In this document: positions 37,402-40,853 of the stretch, piece after piece
Position numbering within the stretch: position 1 is the first letter of the stretch
Layout of the letters: every line of letters starts with the position of its first letter
Source of the DNA: Meiothermus sp.
Lineage (GTDB): Bacteria; Deinococcota; Deinococci; Deinococcales; Thermaceae
NCBI GenBank assembly: GCA_033762915.1
Contig: JANRLD010000074.1
Location: 1 to 40,853, forward strand
Length of the DNA: 40,853 bases
Direction of reading: 5' to 3'
Position numbers and translations under genes: made by a program
Notes under the pieces: model-generated
The model's input: the letters and a program-made list of their open reading frames with translations, nothing else
Database searches by the model: none
Told to the model about the DNA's origin: nothing

Positions 37402-38697
37402 TTAACGGAAGCGGCACTTGGAGTCGCGCCGCATGTCGCCCAGTTGATCCAGCCGCTCGACCACGCTGGTTCCGGGGCGGTAGATGGCAGGAAGTTCACC
37501 CACCAAGCTGGCCATTGCAATGCGTTTGGAAAGCTCCACACTGGCGCTCGAGCGGGCGTTGAGCTTGACTAGATACATCGGCTGTCGAAGCTGGTGATCC
37601 CAAGGTCTAAAGCTGACCCCGATGCCCTTGTGCACATCAAAAACAGTCTGGGGGTTCTCGAGGTAGGCCACCAGTTTGGCCGCGTCCACCGACTGGGCCT
37701 GTGAGGCGGTCTCGTAGAGCATCTTCACCGACTGGTAGGCCGCCCAAGCGGGCGCGTCCATGGCCTGGCCCCAGCGCTGCGAAAAGCGGGCGTTCAGCTC
37801 CCGGGCCCCGTACCTATCCATGGTGGTTTCCCATAGTGTTGCCCGGAAACCGGCGCTGGATTTGGGAGCCATCACCCGCAGGGCGGAGTAGTAGTCGCGG
37901 GTCTGCGAGATGGGGTCGGGGAAGGCAGTGACCAGGGCCTTCAGGTCGGTGCCGTCGTACTGACTGAGGAAGGTGGCCTGATCCTCCGCGCCCAGCAGCA
38001 TCAGCACCACGTCGGCGTTGGAACGTCGAATGGCCTCGAGTTCGCGCCCAAAGTCAGGCTGAGAGACGACCACCTCGGCCTTACCTACCTCTCTGGCTCC
38101 CCAGTGGCGCACCGTAACCGCCTTGATCATGCGGCTATAGAGGGCTTGGCCTTCAGGGGTTTTTGGGTATACGAAGAACCAACGGCGGAAGCTCGAGCGC
38201 ACGAACCAGTCAGCCAGGGCATCCAGGTACATCGAGGCACTGGCCTCAACGTGGAACATTAGGCGGTTGCACTGCTCGCCCCGCAGGGCGTTTGAAGGGT
38301 TACCGATATTGAAGAACAGCACCCGCCGGGCCTGGGCTACTTTGGCCAGAGCCTCGGCCTGTCCCGGTCCGATTCCGCCCACCAGCGCGAAAACGTTTTC
38401 GGTGGCGATGAGCCGTTCGGCGGCACGGGTGGCGGCCTCGGCGGTGGGAGCACTGGCCAAAACCACCTTGACCTGAACGCCCAACAGCTCGGCGTTCTGC
38501 CCGATCTCGTCGCCGGCCATGATACCGCCCATGCGGGCCAGGTCACCGGCGTATTCGTAGGGGGCCGAGACCATCGTCTCCACCCCGGTACGCACTGGGA
38601 CGATCAGCCCAATGCGCATTAGCTTAGGGGCCTGGGCCTGAGCAGCGCCCAGTGCCACCAGGGTCAAGAGTAGCAAAGTTCGCACCAGTGGGCGCAT
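37402..38697 (-). CDS. ABC substrate-binding protein, LivJ-like fold, PQQ-ADH-associated (PedA1-like)
   Basis: LFFNIG....LR...C...MFH......MYLDAL, QL/ELNARF...W...M....WAAY, KG..VSFRPWDHQLRQP, LDQLG......C.F. Start ATG 38697 (TGATG overlap). Confidence 0.85.
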   Translation of the reverse strand: MRPLVRTLLLLTLVALGAAQAQAPKLMRIGLIVPVRTGVETMVSAPYEYAGDLARMGGIMAGDEIGQNAELLGVQVKVVLASAPTAEAATRAAERLIATENVFALVGGIGPGQAEALAKVAQARRVLFFNIGNPSNALRGEQCNRLMFHVEASASMYLDALADWFVRSSFRRWFFVYPKTPEGQALYSRMIKAVTVRHWGAREVGKAEVVVSQPDFGRELEAIRRSNADVVLMLLGAEDQATFLSQYDGTDLKALVTAFPDPISQTRDYYSALRVMAPKSSAGFRATLWETTMDRYGARELNARFSQRWGQAMDAPAWAAYQSVKMLYETASQAQSVDAAKLVAYLENPQTVFDVHKGIGVSFRPWDHQLRQPMYLVKLNARSSASVELSKRIAMASLVGELPAIYRPGTSVVERLDQLGDMRRDSKCRFR

Positions 38698-39524
38698 CAC
38701 TTCACCTCCAGTACAGGTTTGGGTAGGGGGATCTGTGGCACACCGAACTCCTTTAGAATGGCCTGGATCTGATCCCAGCGCCGCGTGATTGCGCGGTTGA
38801 GCCGATCCTTGAAGGCTTCGTCGCCCACCCGCACACCCAACGTGATGGCATATACCATCGAAAGCGCAGGCGGCTCGAACTCGGGGCTTACCGGGGTGAT
38901 GGTCATCTTGACCGGCTGTCGTTTGGCGAAGTAGGCCGCTACCGGCCCCCACAGAATGGCCACATCGACCTTGTTTGCGCTCACGGCCTCGAGCATGGGC
39001 GAGGAGGAGGTGTTGTTGGGGTCGATAGGCTCGAGAATCATGGCTCCCTGCGAAAGACCCCGGTTGACCAACGAGGCGAAGGGCGGGGTGCCGGGGGTCT
39101 CGATGGCGATCCGAAGGGTCTTGAGCACTTCGTCGTCCACAGAGACGATCTTGTAGGGGCTGTCGGCGCGGTAAACGAAGACGTAGGTGCTCTGGTAGTA
39201 GGCCAGTGTGGACAAAACGCCACGGTAGCTCTCGCCCACCCCCACCACCACGTCACAGTTCCCTTGCCGGAGCTGGTCTTTGATGATGCTGGGGCCCTGC
39301 GGCCACCAGACGTAGGTCAGCTTGGCCTTAAGGTCTTGGGCCAGCAGCGCGAGGATGCGGTTGTCGAACCCCTGCAGCGTGCGGTGTGAGTTGGGCAGGT
39401 TGTCTGGGTCGGCGCACACCCGCATCTCCCAGCTTTGGGCCAGCGCAAGGCTTGAGCACACTGCCAGGGCCAGCACCCCACGAACTAGAGGGCGGAAGTC
39501 TATAGGTTCGGATCTGATCATCAT
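38697..39524 (-). CDS. MoxJ/XoxJ-like periplasmic binding protein of quinoprotein dehydrogenases
   Basis: MRVCADPDNLP, GFDNRI, CDVVVG, YYQSTYVFVYR, TPP, DVAILWGPVAAYFAK, GVR.GD, I..IL.EFGVP. Confidence 0.88.
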   Translation of the reverse strand: MMIRSEPIDFRPLVRGVLALAVCSSLALAQSWEMRVCADPDNLPNSHRTLQGFDNRILALLAQDLKAKLTYVWWPQGPSIIKDQLRQGNCDVVVGVGESYRGVLSTLAYYQSTYVFVYRADSPYKIVSVDDEVLKTLRIAIETPGTPPFASLVNRGLSQGAMILEPIDPNNTSSSPMLEAVSANKVDVAILWGPVAAYFAKRQPVKMTITPVSPEFEPPALSMVYAITLGVRVGDEAFKDRLNRAITRRWDQIQAILKEFGVPQIPLPKPVLEVK

Positions 39525-39870
39525 AGGGGGAGCCTCGAGAGATACCTGGAACCACGGATTGGAACGGGAGCAAAGAGGAAGGAGAGAGGATAAGGAAGGT
39601 TTTCATTAGGTTTTTGGAGCCAAGAGATAGTCTACAGCGGTTTGCGCCCAGCGACCCTTACTCGAGGGTTCCTCTGAGTGGGCGTTTGGCTTTTCCACCA
39701 TGAACGGATAGATTCTCTTTACTGACAGTATAAGCCTTTAGCGACCTTTGGTTGGAAAAAAGACCCAAAAGAGTGCTTGTACCCTTCCATACGGTTTTGA
39801 TCTTGCTATACTCCGTTTCTCTCCCGTCTACACCGCCCGTGCCACTGTGCGCCGCCTGTCGCCTTGCCCG

Positions 39871-39911
39871 AAAAAACCAGGGCAAGGGAGATTGCTCGCC
39901 CTTGCCCTCGG
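39871..39911 (-). terminator. Rho-independent terminator after the PQQ dehydrogenase
   Basis: AGGGCAAGGG / CCCTTGCCCT stem followed on the minus strand by GGTTTTTT, about 15 nt after the stop. Confidence 0.75.
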
Positions 39912-39925
39912 TCAACTATCGTGGG

Positions 39926-40853
39926 TTACTCGGGCAGGCTGAAAACGAAGAGGAAGTTGCCCTTGCGCTGGTAGGCGCCGATGGGGCCTTGGGCGGCATC
40001 ATCAAGGTCAATAGCGCGGGTGCCGATTCCCTTAGAGCCGACCAGCACGGCCACGTACTGCTTGCCATCGGGGCCGAGGTAGGTCATGGGGTTGGCTAGG
40101 CTAGCTGCGCCGGTGCGGAACTGCCACAACAGCTGGCCGGTGCGGGCGTGGGCGGCTTTGAAGAAGCCGTCTACCGTGGGGTAGAAAACCAGGTCACCGG
40201 CGGTGGCTACCGTGCCCGCCAGGGTGCGGAAGGGCTCGGGGATGCTCCAGGCTTCTTTCTGACGAACGGGATCCCAGGCCATCAGGCGGGTGCGCTCGTT
40301 GGCCGGGGTGGCCAGCTTGGCGGTGGAGCGGATGCCGATGTAGCGGTCGCCCGGCTTGTAATCGACATCGAAGGTCTCCTGATCCATGCACAGGTTGGTC
40401 TGGGTTAGGAAGTAGAACAACCCCGTGCGCGGGGAGTAGGAGATGGGCTGGAAGTTCTTGCCGCCAATCAGGTGCGGGCAGATGTCTTTAATGGTCGAGT
40501 TGGGCGCTTGCAGCTTGTCTTTGTTGAAGATGGGGAAGCCGGTCTTGAGGTCGTAGCCGCTGGCCCAGTTGGTCTGGGGGATGTACTTCTCGGCGGAGAT
40601 AAGCTCACCGGTGGTGCGATCCACCACGTAGAAGAAGCCGTTGCGCCCAGCGTGAACCATGACCTTGCGCATCCGCCCGTTGATCCGCAAATCCAACAGG
40701 CTGAAGGGGCCCATCTCATCCCAGTCCCACTGCTCCTGGGGGGTGAACTGGTAGGCCCAGATCAGCTCGCCGGTGTCGGGGTTGCGGGCCAGGACCGAGG
40801 CCACGTACTTGTTGGTCCAGGTCAGGGGGTCGGGGTTGTTGGGGTCGCGGCGG
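39926..40853 (-). CDS. PQQ-dependent alcohol/methanol dehydrogenase, C-terminal part only (5' end outside the window); lanthanide-type D-x-D motif
   Basis: Frame is open to the window edge. NKY.ASVLARNPDTGELIWAYQFTP.EQWDWDE, RNGFFYVVDR.TGE, CP...GGKN, ATAGDLVFY...DG.FKA..A.TG.LLW.F, PMTY.GPDGKQYVAV. Confidence 0.92.
   Translation of the reverse strand, partial: RRDPNNPDPLTWTNKYVASVLARNPDTGELIWAYQFTPQEQWDWDEMGPFSLLDLRINGRMRKVMVHAGRNGFFYVVDRTTGELISAEKYIPQTNWASGYDLKTGFPIFNKDKLQAPNSTIKDICPHLIGGKNFQPISYSPRTGLFYFLTQTNLCMDQETFDVDYKPGDRYIGIRSTAKLATPANERTRLMAWDPVRQKEAWSIPEPFRTLAGTVATAGDLVFYPTVDGFFKAAHARTGQLLWQFRTGAASLANPMTYLGPDGKQYVAVLVGSKGIGTRAIDLDDAAQGPIGAYQRKGNFLFVFSLPE

Overview
GC-rich (roughly 60-65% by eye) bacterial chromosome segment, most consistent with Thermaceae (Meiothermus/Calidithermus-like). 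This assignment is inferred from the gene set, the many apparently leaderless genes preceded by TANNNT, and strong enrichment of the palindrome CTCGAG. Contents, left to right: (1) part of a homoprotocatechuate (hpa) meta-cleavage operon with divergent hpaR; (2) a sugar/cyclitol catabolic cluster (XylF/H/G-like ABC importer, atypical M24-fold protein, Gfo/Idh/MocA, dehydratase-type DapA protein, IolM-like dehydrogenase, MBL-fold protein); (3) a divergent secreted CRTAC1/ASPIC-UnbV + vanadium haloperoxidase-like pair; (4) a surface polysaccharide block with one frameshifted GT4; (5) an M23 protein, icd, ubiX, a STAND-type adenylate cyclase and a DUF4139 protein; (6) the 3' part of a PQQ-dependent alcohol dehydrogenase cluster. 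The best candidate for an undescribed system is (6): the dehydrogenase carries the extra Asp typical of lanthanide-dependent enzymes and is followed by a XoxJ-like protein, a PedA1A2BC-like ABC module containing an uncharacterised acidic secreted protein, a cytochrome P460-family protein with an apparent ATA start, and a DUF3179 protein. Non-coding highlights are two diverged copies of a GTAG-REP-like structured element (about 4.8 kb and 31.2 kb), an 18-bp bidirectional leaderless promoter, and an RBS-occluding hairpin. All family calls come from motif recognition, not database searches. No rRNA, tRNA, CRISPR array or transposase was seen.
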